This document shows, one piece after another, positions 39,295-48,939 of a stretch of DNA of 64,000 nt. The notes beneath the pieces are model-generated. The model did not search any database and had not been told where the DNA came from. It saw only the letters and a list, made by a program, of their open reading frames with translations. The stretch lies in assembly GCA_043797085.1 (NCBI GenBank), contig JAZDQA010000001.1, forward strand, positions 129,004 through 193,003, given 5' to 3'. Source of the stretch: Pseudomonadota bacterium (GTDB lineage: Bacteria > Campylobacterota > Campylobacteria > Campylobacterales > Sulfurimonadaceae). The position numbers and the translations under genes were made by a program. Position 1 is the first letter of the stretch. The number at the start of each line of letters is the position of its first letter.

Positions 39295-39768
39295 AGAAGA
39301 ATGATAGCAGAAAATTAGACAATATCAAAACACTCGGATTTTAATTAATGTCTGTAAACTTTTGATAATTTGACAAGGGGAGTCGGCACAGCCTCCTCCC
39401 AACCCCTAAGAATAGGGGTTTACGGCTTAGTGCTCGTGCGTCGCTAAGGCGCTCCTTTCTCGCAAAAATCGCCGCCGTTTTAGTTTTGTTTTTTGGATTG
39501 GTTTTGTGTGCTGCTAAAGTTGATTTTCTGTAGATCAGGCAGAGAGCTTGGCTCCGCTATTCGCGTCGGGAAAGTTAGAATCCTGCTACATCCATTTTTC
39601 AGTCCTTGAGAACGAAGGGTTAATTTGCCTTTTGCTGCAAAGTGTTTAGCCCTCGAAAAATCTGTGTGTGTTTGAGTAGTGCGTGAAGAGCGCAACGCTT
39701 CGCTTACTGGGGGAGACCCCAGCCCCCTAAATGCTAAAAATAGGGCTTTGTTAACAGTGGTGTAATTC

Positions 39769-39796
39769 TTCAAATCCCCCCGTCCGCACCATCTTT
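39769..39796 (+). repeat. attR core (duplicated tRNA-Leu 3' end)
   Basis: Exact 28-bp copy of 28409-28436. Confidence 0.95.
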
Positions 39797-39909
39797 TTTC
39801 TTCAATAATTTCTCAAATTTTTTACTTTTTTTTCTGAATAATCTTATTATTTCAATCCTATTTACACTTATGATAATGTATAATCCATCACTTTAGTTGA
39901 GGATATTTT

Positions 39910-42735
39910 ATGTTGTTGAACAATCTTGTTGTCTATAAAAATGATCGTTTGAATATTGAAGCGTCATTAAGTGATGCGATTGAACGTATGGAACAAGAAC
40001 GAGAAAGTCATATCGTATTGTTAGACGGTTCTATCGCTATGGGAATTTTGACCCTCAAAAATATTATAGAACTTTATGCGGCAGGGATACAGCGAGAGAG
40101 CAAGGCGATTGAGTTTGCTACTTATCCTATCATATCCATTCATGATGATCGACCTTTGGATATGGCGGTTGAAATGATGATCGATTATGAGATACGCCGC
40201 ATTGTTTTGATCGATGAAAAAGATCATTATATCGGTACGCTTACTCAAAATGACATCCTTCGATACTATGAAAACAACCTCCAAACAACCACTGAAATAT
40301 CGCAGTGTTTACACGGGCGAAACCGTGCAATAGCGATAAATGTAAATGCAACGATCGAAGAAGCGATTCATCTCATGCGGTATGAGCATCGTGATGTATT
40401 ACTGCTGATGGACGAGACTAAAACACTTGGCGTTGTGACCGAAAAAGATATTTTAGGATTTGTGTATCAAAATCTTCCAAGCAGTGAATTAGTTTCGACG
40501 TGTATTTATACGTCCATTATCAGTGTTGGGGCAGATGAGAAGATACGCAAAGCGGTTGAAATGATGAGAGAGAAAAAAATTCATCATTTAGTCGTCCACT
40601 GGGAAAATGACCTTTATATTTTGAATGAAAAAAATTTGCTATTAAGTTATACCACGACACTTGAGGTGACGCTTGAAGCGAAGCTTCGTGATGCACGGGC
40701 GACGTACAATCTTTTGGGGATTGCTTTTTGTGAGATAGTTGATTTGGGAGAAATACAAATTATCAAATGGCTAAATGCTGAGGCGATGTTGACGTTTCAG
40801 GTCAAAATAGACGATAATGTATCACGAATGCTCGGAGCAGAAAATTGGAATCGTATTATGGATTCGTTTAGAGTAAATCGAGGAGTTGAACATGAACGAA
40901 TCGAGGTGAAAGGACGGGTTTATGAGCTAACGCTGATGGAAGCTGAGGTGAATTGCAAATCTATCTTGAAACTTTTTTTGAATGATGTTAGTGATTTAGT
41001 ACGGCTTAGTGAAGAGCTTGCTCTGTCATTGACGCACACGATAGAGCTGGAAAAAGAAAAAAGCAGACTCTATTTGGATGTTACATCGGTGATATGTCTG
41101 GCGTTGGATTGGGAGGGGACGATAGTACTTCTAAATCCCAAGGGATGTGAGATATTGGGGATAACAAAAGAGGAAGCTATCGGAAAAAATTGGTTCACTA
41201 CTTTTGTGGCGAAGGAACATATCTTAGAAACCAAAACATTTTTTACCTCCATCATAGAAGGGAAAAAAGAGATAGTAGAATATTATGAAAATGAGGTATG
41301 TACGGCCAGTGGCGAAACGCGCATGATTGCATGGCACAATGCGCTACTGCGTGATTCTAACGGAGTCATTACCGGAACGTTTTCATCCGGTGAAGACATT
41401 ACCAAAATTCAAGAGTCCGAGAAAGAACTTGAACGTTTGGCGCATTATGATGTGCTTACCAATTTACCGAATCGACTTCTATTGAGTGCAAGACTTGAGC
41501 ACTCTATAGTGCGAGCACAGCGTGAAAAAACAAAGTTGATTGTGTTGTATGCGGACATTGATAATTTTAAAGACATTAATGAATCGTATGGGTATAGCAT
41601 AGGGGATTTTGTTATTAAAGAAGTAGCTTCTAAGATGAGTATGTTGATTCGTAATGAAGACACGATTAGTCGAATTGGCGGAGATGAGTTTGTAATTCTT
41701 CTTGAAGAGATTCAACAGATAAGGGAATGTGAACGGACTCTACAGCAGATTATGGAGCTTTTTAATACACCGATTGAGACATCTGAGGGTGCTTTAAAGC
41801 TCAGTGTTAGCATTGGCATCACCCTTTATCCTGACGATGGAGAAAGCGGCGAAACCTTATTGAAAAATGCAGATATCGCATTGCGTCGAGCAAAAGAGGT
41901 TGGGGAGAGTAATTATTGCTTTTTTACTCAGGATATGAGTGTAAAGTTATTGGAGAGGGTATTGATGGAGCGGGAGCTTCGACGTGCCATAGAAGATAAA
42001 GAGTTTGTTGTCTATTATCAGCCTCAAGTGAATCTATTAACCGGTGCACTTATCGGAGCAGAGGCGCTGGTACGTTGGCAACATCCTACAATGGGGATTG
42101 TCCGTCCGGATGTATTTATACCACTTGCGGAGAGTAATAATCTTATTGTCCCCATCGGGGAAGAGGTACTGTTGCAATCGTGTAAAGCCATAAAAAAATG
42201 GAAAGAATTAGGACTGTTTCTGGGAAGAATATCCGTCAATGTATCCGGAAAACAGTTTGAACGTTCAAATGCAGTTGAAACGATTCGTCGAATCATCCAT
42301 GAGAGTGAACTTGAGCCCCAATATGTTGAATTAGAGATTACAGAAAGTGTGTTAATGGGCAATCCTGTTGTACTGGGGGAGAAGCTCATTGCTTTAAAAG
42401 AATTTGGAATAGAGATTGCGATTGATGATTTTGGTACAGGCTATTCCAGTTTGAGTTATCTCAAGGCTTTTCCTATCGATAAACTCAAAATCGATCAATC
42501 GTTTGTTCGTGAGCTTCCTCATAGTGAGCGAGACAGCGCGATTGTCAAAGCCATTATTGCTATGGCAGATGCTCTTGGGTTTAAAACCATAGCAGAGGGA
42601 ATTGAAAAAGAAGCTCAGGCAAACTTTTTAAAAGAGTTTGGATGCATGCAAGGGCAGGGTTATATGTACGCCCGCCCGCTTGATGAAAAAGCGTTCGAAC
42701 TATTTTTGATACGTCATAAGAGTTCTCTCTCATAA
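39910..42735 (+). CDS. CBS-PAS-GGDEF-EAL diguanylate cyclase/phosphodiesterase
   Basis: Tandem CBS repeats, PAS/PAC, intact GGDEF, EAL and DDFGTG motifs. Confidence 0.92.
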   Translation: MLLNNLVVYKNDRLNIEASLSDAIERMEQERESHIVLLDGSIAMGILTLKNIIELYAAGIQRESKAIEFATYPIISIHDDRPLDMAVEMMIDYEIRRIVLIDEKDHYIGTLTQNDILRYYENNLQTTTEISQCLHGRNRAIAINVNATIEEAIHLMRYEHRDVLLLMDETKTLGVVTEKDILGFVYQNLPSSELVSTCIYTSIISVGADEKIRKAVEMMREKKIHHLVVHWENDLYILNEKNLLLSYTTTLEVTLEAKLRDARATYNLLGIAFCEIVDLGEIQIIKWLNAEAMLTFQVKIDDNVSRMLGAENWNRIMDSFRVNRGVEHERIEVKGRVYELTLMEAEVNCKSILKLFLNDVSDLVRLSEELALSLTHTIELEKEKSRLYLDVTSVICLALDWEGTIVLLNPKGCEILGITKEEAIGKNWFTTFVAKEHILETKTFFTSIIEGKKEIVEYYENEVCTASGETRMIAWHNALLRDSNGVITGTFSSGEDITKIQESEKELERLAHYDVLTNLPNRLLLSARLEHSIVRAQREKTKLIVLYADIDNFKDINESYGYSIGDFVIKEVASKMSMLIRNEDTISRIGGDEFVILLEEIQQIRECERTLQQIMELFNTPIETSEGALKLSVSIGITLYPDDGESGETLLKNADIALRRAKEVGESNYCFFTQDMSVKLLERVLMERELRRAIEDKEFVVYYQPQVNLLTGALIGAEALVRWQHPTMGIVRPDVFIPLAESNNLIVPIGEEVLLQSCKAIKKWKELGLFLGRISVNVSGKQFERSNAVETIRRIIHESELEPQYVELEITESVLMGNPVVLGEKLIALKEFGIEIAIDDFGTGYSSLSYLKAFPIDKLKIDQSFVRELPHSERDSAIVKAIIAMADALGFKTIAEGIEKEAQANFLKEFGCMQGQGYMYARPLDEKAFELFLIRHKSSLS

Positions 42736-45700
42736 TGACGTCGAAGCCAAGCATCCAGCGGGTACATGATACGATAAAGTATCGGAACGATAAAGAGTGC
42801 CAGTAATGTCGAGCTAATAAGTCCTCCGATGATAGCAATCGCCATAGGGGCATTGCTTTCATGACCTGCGCCACCGGCAAGGGCGAGTGGAAGCATGGCA
42901 AAGATCATGGCAAATGTGGTCATTAGAATAGGGCGCAACCGTTTTTCTCCTGCTTCCAAAAGTGCATCGTTGACCGATTTTCCATTCTTGATCGCGGTAT
43001 TGGCAAAATCGACGACTAAAATTGCATTCTTTCCGACCATCCCCAGTAACAAAATAATCCCGATCATGACAAAAATACTAAAAGGGTTCCCTGTTAAATA
43101 CAGAGCAAGGATAACACCCGTAAAACTCAGCGGCATAGCAACCATGATGATGAGAGGCTGGATAAGCGATTCATAGAGCGCTGCGAGGATAAGATAGATT
43201 AAAATGACGGCCAAGCCTACCGTAAATCCAAATGCCGAAATCGTCTCCTGCATCCGTTCAATGTCTCCTGTATAGCGATAGTGGTATCCTTCACCCAGCA
43301 TAGATGGAAGTTTCGAATCGATCATTGTGACGATGGAATCAAGTGGCGCACCGTCAAGGTTTGAGGTGACTAAAATTTTTCGTTCACGATCAAAGCGGTT
43401 GATGGATGCGGTTCCTTGAGTTGTTTCTAGATTGACCAGACCGTCAAGCGAGATCAATTCCCCTGTAGAGCTTGGGATTTGTATCTTTTTGAGATCGTCG
43501 ACGGTTTTGCGGTATTGATCTGCATTTCGAAGTGTTATATCAAATTGGCGACCTTCCTGCTCAAAATTTGAGATGGCACTGTCGCTGGAATAAGAGGCAT
43601 TAATGGCATTGGAAATCGCCTGAGCGGTAATACCAAGGCGTTGAGCGCTTTCTCGATTAATGGTGATACGAACTTCCGGTTTTCCCGGTTCAAAATCGCT
43701 GTCATTGTCGGTCGTCCCGTTACTGTCTTTTAGCAATTTCATCAGTGCGGCTGATTTGATTTCCAGAACTTTGAGATCTGCTCCCGTGAGGACAACCTGA
43801 ATTGGGGCATTACTTTCACCCGTATCGATAGGTGGGACATCTTCGACACTGATGATGAGATGGGAATAAATTTTGAATGTATCGCGATACGATGCGATAA
43901 TAGCTTCAAGCCCTTCGCGTTGTTCAACCGGAAGCAGTTTGGCATAAATCATCGCTTTGTGGGCTTCTTTCGCCGGATTGTAGCCGATAGTTAAGACGAC
44001 TGTCTCGATGCGTTTGTCTTTTTGTAATGTGCTTACCAGCGGTGCCATCTCTTTTTTCATGGCTTCTAGCGATATTCCTACCGGGGCTTTGACCATGACG
44101 CGCATTTCAGACATGTCTTCCATCGGGACAAAGGTTCCTCCTACTTTTCCTGCGAGAGAAAAAGAGAAAATAAGCACCGCAAGGACAACGATGAGCGTTG
44201 TGATTTTGAAACGGAGTAAAAAGGCTAAAAGTTTTCGGTACGCCTGATCTACTTTTTGAAACATCGGTTCCGTTTTTTCCCAAAAAGCATTTTCTTTACC
44301 GTTTAGAAGTCGAGCTCCTAGGGTAGGGATAAACATGATGGCGACAAAATAGGAGATAAGAACCCCCGATGCTACGGTCATGGCAAACGAGTTAAAGAAT
44401 TTTCCGACAATTCCTCCCATGAAAGCGACGGGGACAAATACGGCAAGCAACATCGCCGAAATCGCTAAAACTGAAAAAGCGACCTCTTTTACCCCTTCAA
44501 AAGAAGCTTGGAATGGCTCCATCCCTGACTCCATTTTTTTAGAAATATTTTCAATTATGACAATCGCATCATCGATAAAAATCCCGATAGCAAGGGTCAA
44601 ACCAATGAGAGTAAGGCGATTTAGATCATAGCCCAGTGCATCTATGAGGGCAAAGGTTCCGATGATCGAGGTAGGAATAGCAAGAGCAGAAATAAGAGTC
44701 GCTGTGAGATTACGCAAAAAGAAAAAGACGATGAGCACCGCTAAAAATGCACCGAAGAGCAGGTCAAATTTGACGTTATCGATATTGATGAGTATTTTAT
44801 TGGATTGATCTTCTACGAGCTGTAACGTGTGGTTTTTGGATGCTAACACCACCAGTTCAGGCATCACTTTTTTGACCCCTTTGATCACTTCTAAATCGTT
44901 AGCACCTGAAATCTTTTGTATTTCCAGCAGTACACCTTCATGTCCATTGTACGCGGAGTAGCTTTTTGCATCTTTGAGGCCGTCTTCGACACGGGCAACA
45001 TCTTCCAGTCGTAGTCCCGGAGCAATGAGGAGCTTTTTCAGATCATCGATGCTTGTCGCATCACTTCGGGTTTTAAGAACCAGTTCATTTTTATCCGAAA
45101 TAAGTTTTCCACCGCCAGAGCGGACATTTTCACGTGCAATAAGACGTTGGAGTTCTGCAGAGGAGATGCCGTATTTGTTGAGGAGGTATGGGTCGGTAAA
45201 GATACGGATTTCACGATCACGATATCCTACAATCTTAACATTGGCAACACCTTCAATACGCTGTAGCTTCGGTTTGATTTTTTCATCGGCTAAACGCATC
45301 AAAGCAACGGTGTCCCCTGTTTTGGTACTCACAAACAGTTTGATAGAAGCAGCGCCTGAAACACTTACTTTTTGGACAATAGGAGATTCAATATCACTGT
45401 CAAGATTGATGGTTCCTACTTTGTCGCGAACATCGTTGGCTGCTTCTTCGATGTCTTTGGTGAGCTCAAACTGAACGGTGACAACGCTTAATCCTTCGTA
45501 GCTTGTGGAGATCAGCTTGTCGATTCCATCGATTCCGGAAACGGCTTCTTCGATTTTATCGGTGACTTTGGATTCTACGGTTTCAGGATCGGCACCCGGA
45601 TACGAGGTTTGTATCGTGACAATGGGAAAATCGATATTCGGGAAGAGGGCAACGGGCATAGCACGAAATGAAATAAGACCAAAAACGATAAAACTCATCA

Positions 45701-45746
45701 CGAGCATTAACGTCGTTATAGGGCGGTTGATGGCAAATTTATACAT
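42714..45746 (-). CDS. RND efflux permease (AcrB/AcrD/AcrF family)
   Basis: FAINRP N-terminus, GIFIDDAIV, KNAILVVDF, RLRPILMTT. Confidence 0.95.
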   Translation of the reverse strand: MYKFAINRPITTLMLVMSFIVFGLISFRAMPVALFPNIDFPIVTIQTSYPGADPETVESKVTDKIEEAVSGIDGIDKLISTSYEGLSVVTVQFELTKDIEEAANDVRDKVGTINLDSDIESPIVQKVSVSGAASIKLFVSTKTGDTVALMRLADEKIKPKLQRIEGVANVKIVGYRDREIRIFTDPYLLNKYGISSAELQRLIARENVRSGGGKLISDKNELVLKTRSDATSIDDLKKLLIAPGLRLEDVARVEDGLKDAKSYSAYNGHEGVLLEIQKISGANDLEVIKGVKKVMPELVVLASKNHTLQLVEDQSNKILINIDNVKFDLLFGAFLAVLIVFFFLRNLTATLISALAIPTSIIGTFALIDALGYDLNRLTLIGLTLAIGIFIDDAIVIIENISKKMESGMEPFQASFEGVKEVAFSVLAISAMLLAVFVPVAFMGGIVGKFFNSFAMTVASGVLISYFVAIMFIPTLGARLLNGKENAFWEKTEPMFQKVDQAYRKLLAFLLRFKITTLIVVLAVLIFSFSLAGKVGGTFVPMEDMSEMRVMVKAPVGISLEAMKKEMAPLVSTLQKDKRIETVVLTIGYNPAKEAHKAMIYAKLLPVEQREGLEAIIASYRDTFKIYSHLIISVEDVPPIDTGESNAPIQVVLTGADLKVLEIKSAALMKLLKDSNGTTDNDSDFEPGKPEVRITINRESAQRLGITAQAISNAINASYSSDSAISNFEQEGRQFDITLRNADQYRKTVDDLKKIQIPSSTGELISLDGLVNLETTQGTASINRFDRERKILVTSNLDGAPLDSIVTMIDSKLPSMLGEGYHYRYTGDIERMQETISAFGFTVGLAVILIYLILAALYESLIQPLIIMVAMPLSFTGVILALYLTGNPFSIFVMIGIILLLGMVGKNAILVVDFANTAIKNGKSVNDALLEAGEKRLRPILMTTFAMIFAMLPLALAGGAGHESNAPMAIAIIGGLISSTLLALFIVPILYRIMYPLDAWLRRHYERELL

Positions 45747-45761
45747 AATGCTGCTCAAATT

Positions 45762-45806
45762 CTGTCCCAAAAGGGACAAGCTTTAGTGCCTTAGCGGCAA
45801 GCGTAG
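45762..45806 (-). repeat. Short dispersed intergenic repeat, copy B
   Basis: ctacgcttgccgctaaggcactaaagct plus tgtccc-tttt-gggaca hairpin, inside the RND operon. Confidence 0.55.
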
Positions 45807-45821
45807 TCAAATGGGTTTTAC

Positions 45822-46568
45822 TCATTTGGCGTTCATTGGTGATATGTATGCTTCACCAAAAAGCCCGGGAGCGATTTTGGAGGCGAGCACTTCGGCGGTT
45901 GCTTTACGAGTTTTTGGATCGATGGTCGGATAGAGCTTGCTGATACGTCCGTTACGCCATTGGTTCTCTCCGTCGATACGATAGCGAACGGCAGACCCTT
46001 TTTTCACACGTGAGAGATATTTTTCATCGAACCGAACCAAAAGCTTGACATCGGGGGAGCTGATGAGTTTAAACAGAGGCATTGATCCACCGCCGACGCC
46101 ATCACCCAGTTCAATGTTACGTTCGGAAATGACACCGCTAAACGGGGCACGAAGACGTGTTTTTTCGACAAGGGTGCTTTGGTAGCGTAGCTGTGCCTTG
46201 GCTTCCCCGAGTGCTGCGGAGGATTTACGATACGTGAGGGTATTTTGATCCATAAGTTCAGCGTCAATTACGCTTTCGACTTTTTTGTACCGATCGTAGG
46301 TTTGTTTTGCAAACTGCTCTTCGACTTGTGCTTTTTTAAGACTCTCTTTGGATAACTCAACGCTTGCGGTCAGATTATCATTGTCGATTTCGAGGAGAAT
46401 ATCCCCTTTTTTGACATAACTTCCGACATCGACACGCAGTGTTTTGACAACACCGGAAGTAGTGAGTGCCAGATTGGCTTCTTTGGCGGCAACAACATCA
46501 AATGTTGAATAAATCTCTTCACCCATCAAAGAGGTGATAAGGAGAAAAAAAGAAAACAGATATTTCAT
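45822..46568 (-). CDS. RND periplasmic adaptor (MFP)
   Basis: VGSYVKKGDIL lipoyl half-motif, LRAPFSGVI. Confidence 0.9.
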   Translation of the reverse strand: MKYLFSFFLLITSLMGEEIYSTFDVVAAKEANLALTTSGVVKTLRVDVGSYVKKGDILLEIDNDNLTASVELSKESLKKAQVEEQFAKQTYDRYKKVESVIDAELMDQNTLTYRKSSAALGEAKAQLRYQSTLVEKTRLRAPFSGVISERNIELGDGVGGGSMPLFKLISSPDVKLLVRFDEKYLSRVKKGSAVRYRIDGENQWRNGRISKLYPTIDPKTRKATAEVLASKIAPGLFGEAYISPMNAK

Positions 46569-47788
46569 TGTACAAACTCCTTCGGGTCTAATCCCGCATA
46601 ATAGTAATAGGTTGCATAGGCATAATTGAGAGAACGTTTGGCGCGGCTTAGTTGATTGGTGGAGTTTGTAAGTGAGCGAAGGGCATCGAGGTAGGTGACG
46701 TAATCGACAATGCGTGCTTCGTATTTTTGTTTGACCGCCTCAAAGGTTTTTTGTGAAGAATCAAAAGAGCTTTGAGCTGCGGTGATAAGAGAGTGAGAAC
46801 GGACAATATACCGTTGAGCCATTGCGAGGTTTGTTGCTGATTCTTTGGATGCGTAGGTGAGCTCATTTGTTTGTGCATTGGATTGGGCGATCAGCGCTTG
46901 CTTGGTGGTAGACATGATGTTAAAATCGAGCAGATTGACCGTCAGTGAGAGGCTTAGTTTGTTTTGATGACTGACTCTCATAGACGCCATAGGATCATCC
47001 ACATAATGTGAGAACGTGTATTGATCTGCAAGACTTAGAGTCGGGAGAAATCCCACATCACTTTGCTGTGCCTGATAGGTGGTAGCATCACGCGAATAGC
47101 GCAGAGATTGCAGAAAATCGAGTTCTTTAACGGGTGTGGATTTTGGTTCGATGATGCTGGCAGGGGAAAGTTCGGTAAAAGTGGTATTGGTGATGGTTTC
47201 CAAATCAGCTTTTTGACGATCGCTTTGATAGCCTAAATCTTCGAGCTCATAATCAGCATTGGCAAGTTCTGAACGTATCCGCATCAGGGCATCTTCGCTT
47301 GCCAGTCCGGCACTTAGAAATTTTTCAAGACGCTTTAGCTGTGCTTGGAGTTGATCTCGGGTCAGTGAATAGGTATGAATCTCTTCGAGAGTGTTTTGAA
47401 GCTCAAAATAACGTTTTATGACGTTAAGCGAAAGCTCCTTTTTTCCTGCATCGAGGTTGGAATTTACGGAATTTTTGAGGGATTTAATCTCATCCAAGCG
47501 ATTTTCACGTTTGAATCCATCAAAAAGGACGATTTCTGCCTTCACTCCTGTGTTATAACTTTGGGCGGCATCAAATCCCCCTTTGTTATCGACATAATCA
47601 CCTTTTCCAAATCCATCGACACGAGGAAGATAGGAGCTTTTGGCAGCTTGATAGTTTAAACCAGCTGCATGGGAACGTTGTTCTAGCGCTGTTATTTTTT
47701 CATTGTGTTGAGCACTTTCGATAAGAGAGAGGAGAGTCGTATCGGCATTAGCAATGAGAGACGTGAGTAAAAGTAAAAGCAATCGCAT
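46565..47788 (-). CDS. TolC family outer-membrane efflux protein
   Basis: Signal peptide, SSYLP, LFDG and FLPTLSL repeats; operon with MFP and RND. Confidence 0.9.
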   Translation of the reverse strand: MRLLLLLLTSLIANADTTLLSLIESAQHNEKITALEQRSHAAGLNYQAAKSSYLPRVDGFGKGDYVDNKGGFDAAQSYNTGVKAEIVLFDGFKRENRLDEIKSLKNSVNSNLDAGKKELSLNVIKRYFELQNTLEEIHTYSLTRDQLQAQLKRLEKFLSAGLASEDALMRIRSELANADYELEDLGYQSDRQKADLETITNTTFTELSPASIIEPKSTPVKELDFLQSLRYSRDATTYQAQQSDVGFLPTLSLADQYTFSHYVDDPMASMRVSHQNKLSLSLTVNLLDFNIMSTTKQALIAQSNAQTNELTYASKESATNLAMAQRYIVRSHSLITAAQSSFDSSQKTFEAVKQKYEARIVDYVTYLDALRSLTNSTNQLSRAKRSLNYAYATYYYYAGLDPKEFVQ

Positions 47789-47842
47789 GATTTTTCCCTT
47801 TCTTTTGCTACAATTATGACATTATACTACTAAGGAAATATC

Positions 47843-48196
47843 ATGGCTTATATTACACAACTAAAACATTTGATTCAAACCGAACTTATCCCCGATGTTG
47901 AAGATCATATTGACGAACTGTTTGAAGGAATTGCGTCGGCTAAAGATGCAACCGTGCAAGAGCGTGCAGAACTCGAAGACATGCAAGCGCTTCGTGATGA
48001 ATACAAAGAGTTGCTCAAAGAGCTCGAAAGCGGTGAGATTGACGAAGAAGAGGCTGAGCAGCTTTATACGGAACTTACGGCTATGCGTGAGGGCGGTGAC
48101 GAAGATGAGGATGACCTTGGATACGATGAAGAGGACGAAGAGGACGAAGACGATTACGACGAGTTTGATATTGACAAAGAAGATGACCAGTATTAA
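47843..48196 (+). CDS. Highly acidic hypothetical protein
   Basis: AAGGA RBS; D/E-rich C-terminal tail; stop overlaps the next start. Confidence 0.7.
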   Translation: MAYITQLKHLIQTELIPDVEDHIDELFEGIASAKDATVQERAELEDMQALRDEYKELLKELESGEIDEEEAEQLYTELTAMREGGDEDEDDLGYDEEDEEDEDDYDEFDIDKEDDQY

Positions 48197-48936
48197 TGGC
48201 TAAATACATCATTTTAGACACCGAAACAACAGGTGCCGGAGAGAATGATCGTGTAATACAGCTTGGCTTTATGGTTTTGGACGGTAAAAACGTTCAGGTT
48301 CATAATGACCTATGCTCCAGTCCTGTCCCCATCGGATGCGGTGCGATGGAAGTTCACGGTATCACCCCTGATCAAATCGAAGGAAAGCCCTCGTGCGTTG
48401 AAACGTCTGCATTTAAGGCGTTAGAAGTGTTAAATACTCCCGATAACGTGATGATTATCCACAATGCACCCTTTGATTTGGGAATGTTGGCAAAAGAAAA
48501 TTTCACCTCAAAAATGCGTCTGATCGATACTTTGCGTTGTGCTAAACACCTTTTTGATGAAGAGGAAGCGCATCGGTTGCAGTTTTTCCGTTATCGCTTG
48601 GAGTTGTATAAGCTCGAGCAAGCGGAAGCGGATGCACTGGGAATCGTTGTCAAAGCGCACGATGCTATCGGTGATGTATTGGTGTTGAAACTTTTTCTCA
48701 CGGAACTTCGCAAAAAACTCACCGAACGTTTCGGTAATGTGAATCCCATCGATAAAATGGTTGAGCTGACACAAACCCCCGTATTGATTACCCGTCCTTT
48801 AAAGTTCGGTAAACACAAGGGTAAAACCCTGAGCGAGATTGTGATATCGGATAAAGGGTACCTAGCATGGATGCTCGCCAATATGGAAAATCTTGACGAA
48901 GATATGAAGTACAGTATTGCTAAGGTTTTGGAATAA
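48196..48936 (+). CDS. DEDDh 3'-5' exonuclease (ExoX-like)
   Basis: DTETTG, HNAPFD, HDAIGD; C-terminal FGKHKGK..YLAW module. Confidence 0.88.
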   Translation: MAKYIILDTETTGAGENDRVIQLGFMVLDGKNVQVHNDLCSSPVPIGCGAMEVHGITPDQIEGKPSCVETSAFKALEVLNTPDNVMIIHNAPFDLGMLAKENFTSKMRLIDTLRCAKHLFDEEEAHRLQFFRYRLELYKLEQAEADALGIVVKAHDAIGDVLVLKLFLTELRKKLTERFGNVNPIDKMVELTQTPVLITRPLKFGKHKGKTLSEIVISDKGYLAWMLANMENLDEDMKYSIAKVLE

Positions 48937-48939
48937 ACT

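Larger units (their letters stand above)
28409..39796. mobile_element. Integrated filamentous-phage (inovirus-like) prophage, 11,360 bp between att repeats
   Basis: 28-bp direct repeats at both ends, tyrosine integrase, HUH Rep, pI/Zot, secretin, coat-like proteins, repressor. Confidence 0.93.

Noticed and set aside
38993..39328. 111-aa ORF from the track
   Set aside because: It starts at the predicted -35 box, runs through a strong terminator and overlaps the nuclease gene antisense; the sRNA plus peptide reading fits better
39480..39773. 97-aa ORF from the track
   Set aside because: It begins inside attR, has no recognisable motifs and covers a hairpin-rich region
39769..39791. Second tRNA gene
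   Set aside because: Only the T-loop, acceptor 3' strand and CCA are present; this is the att duplication
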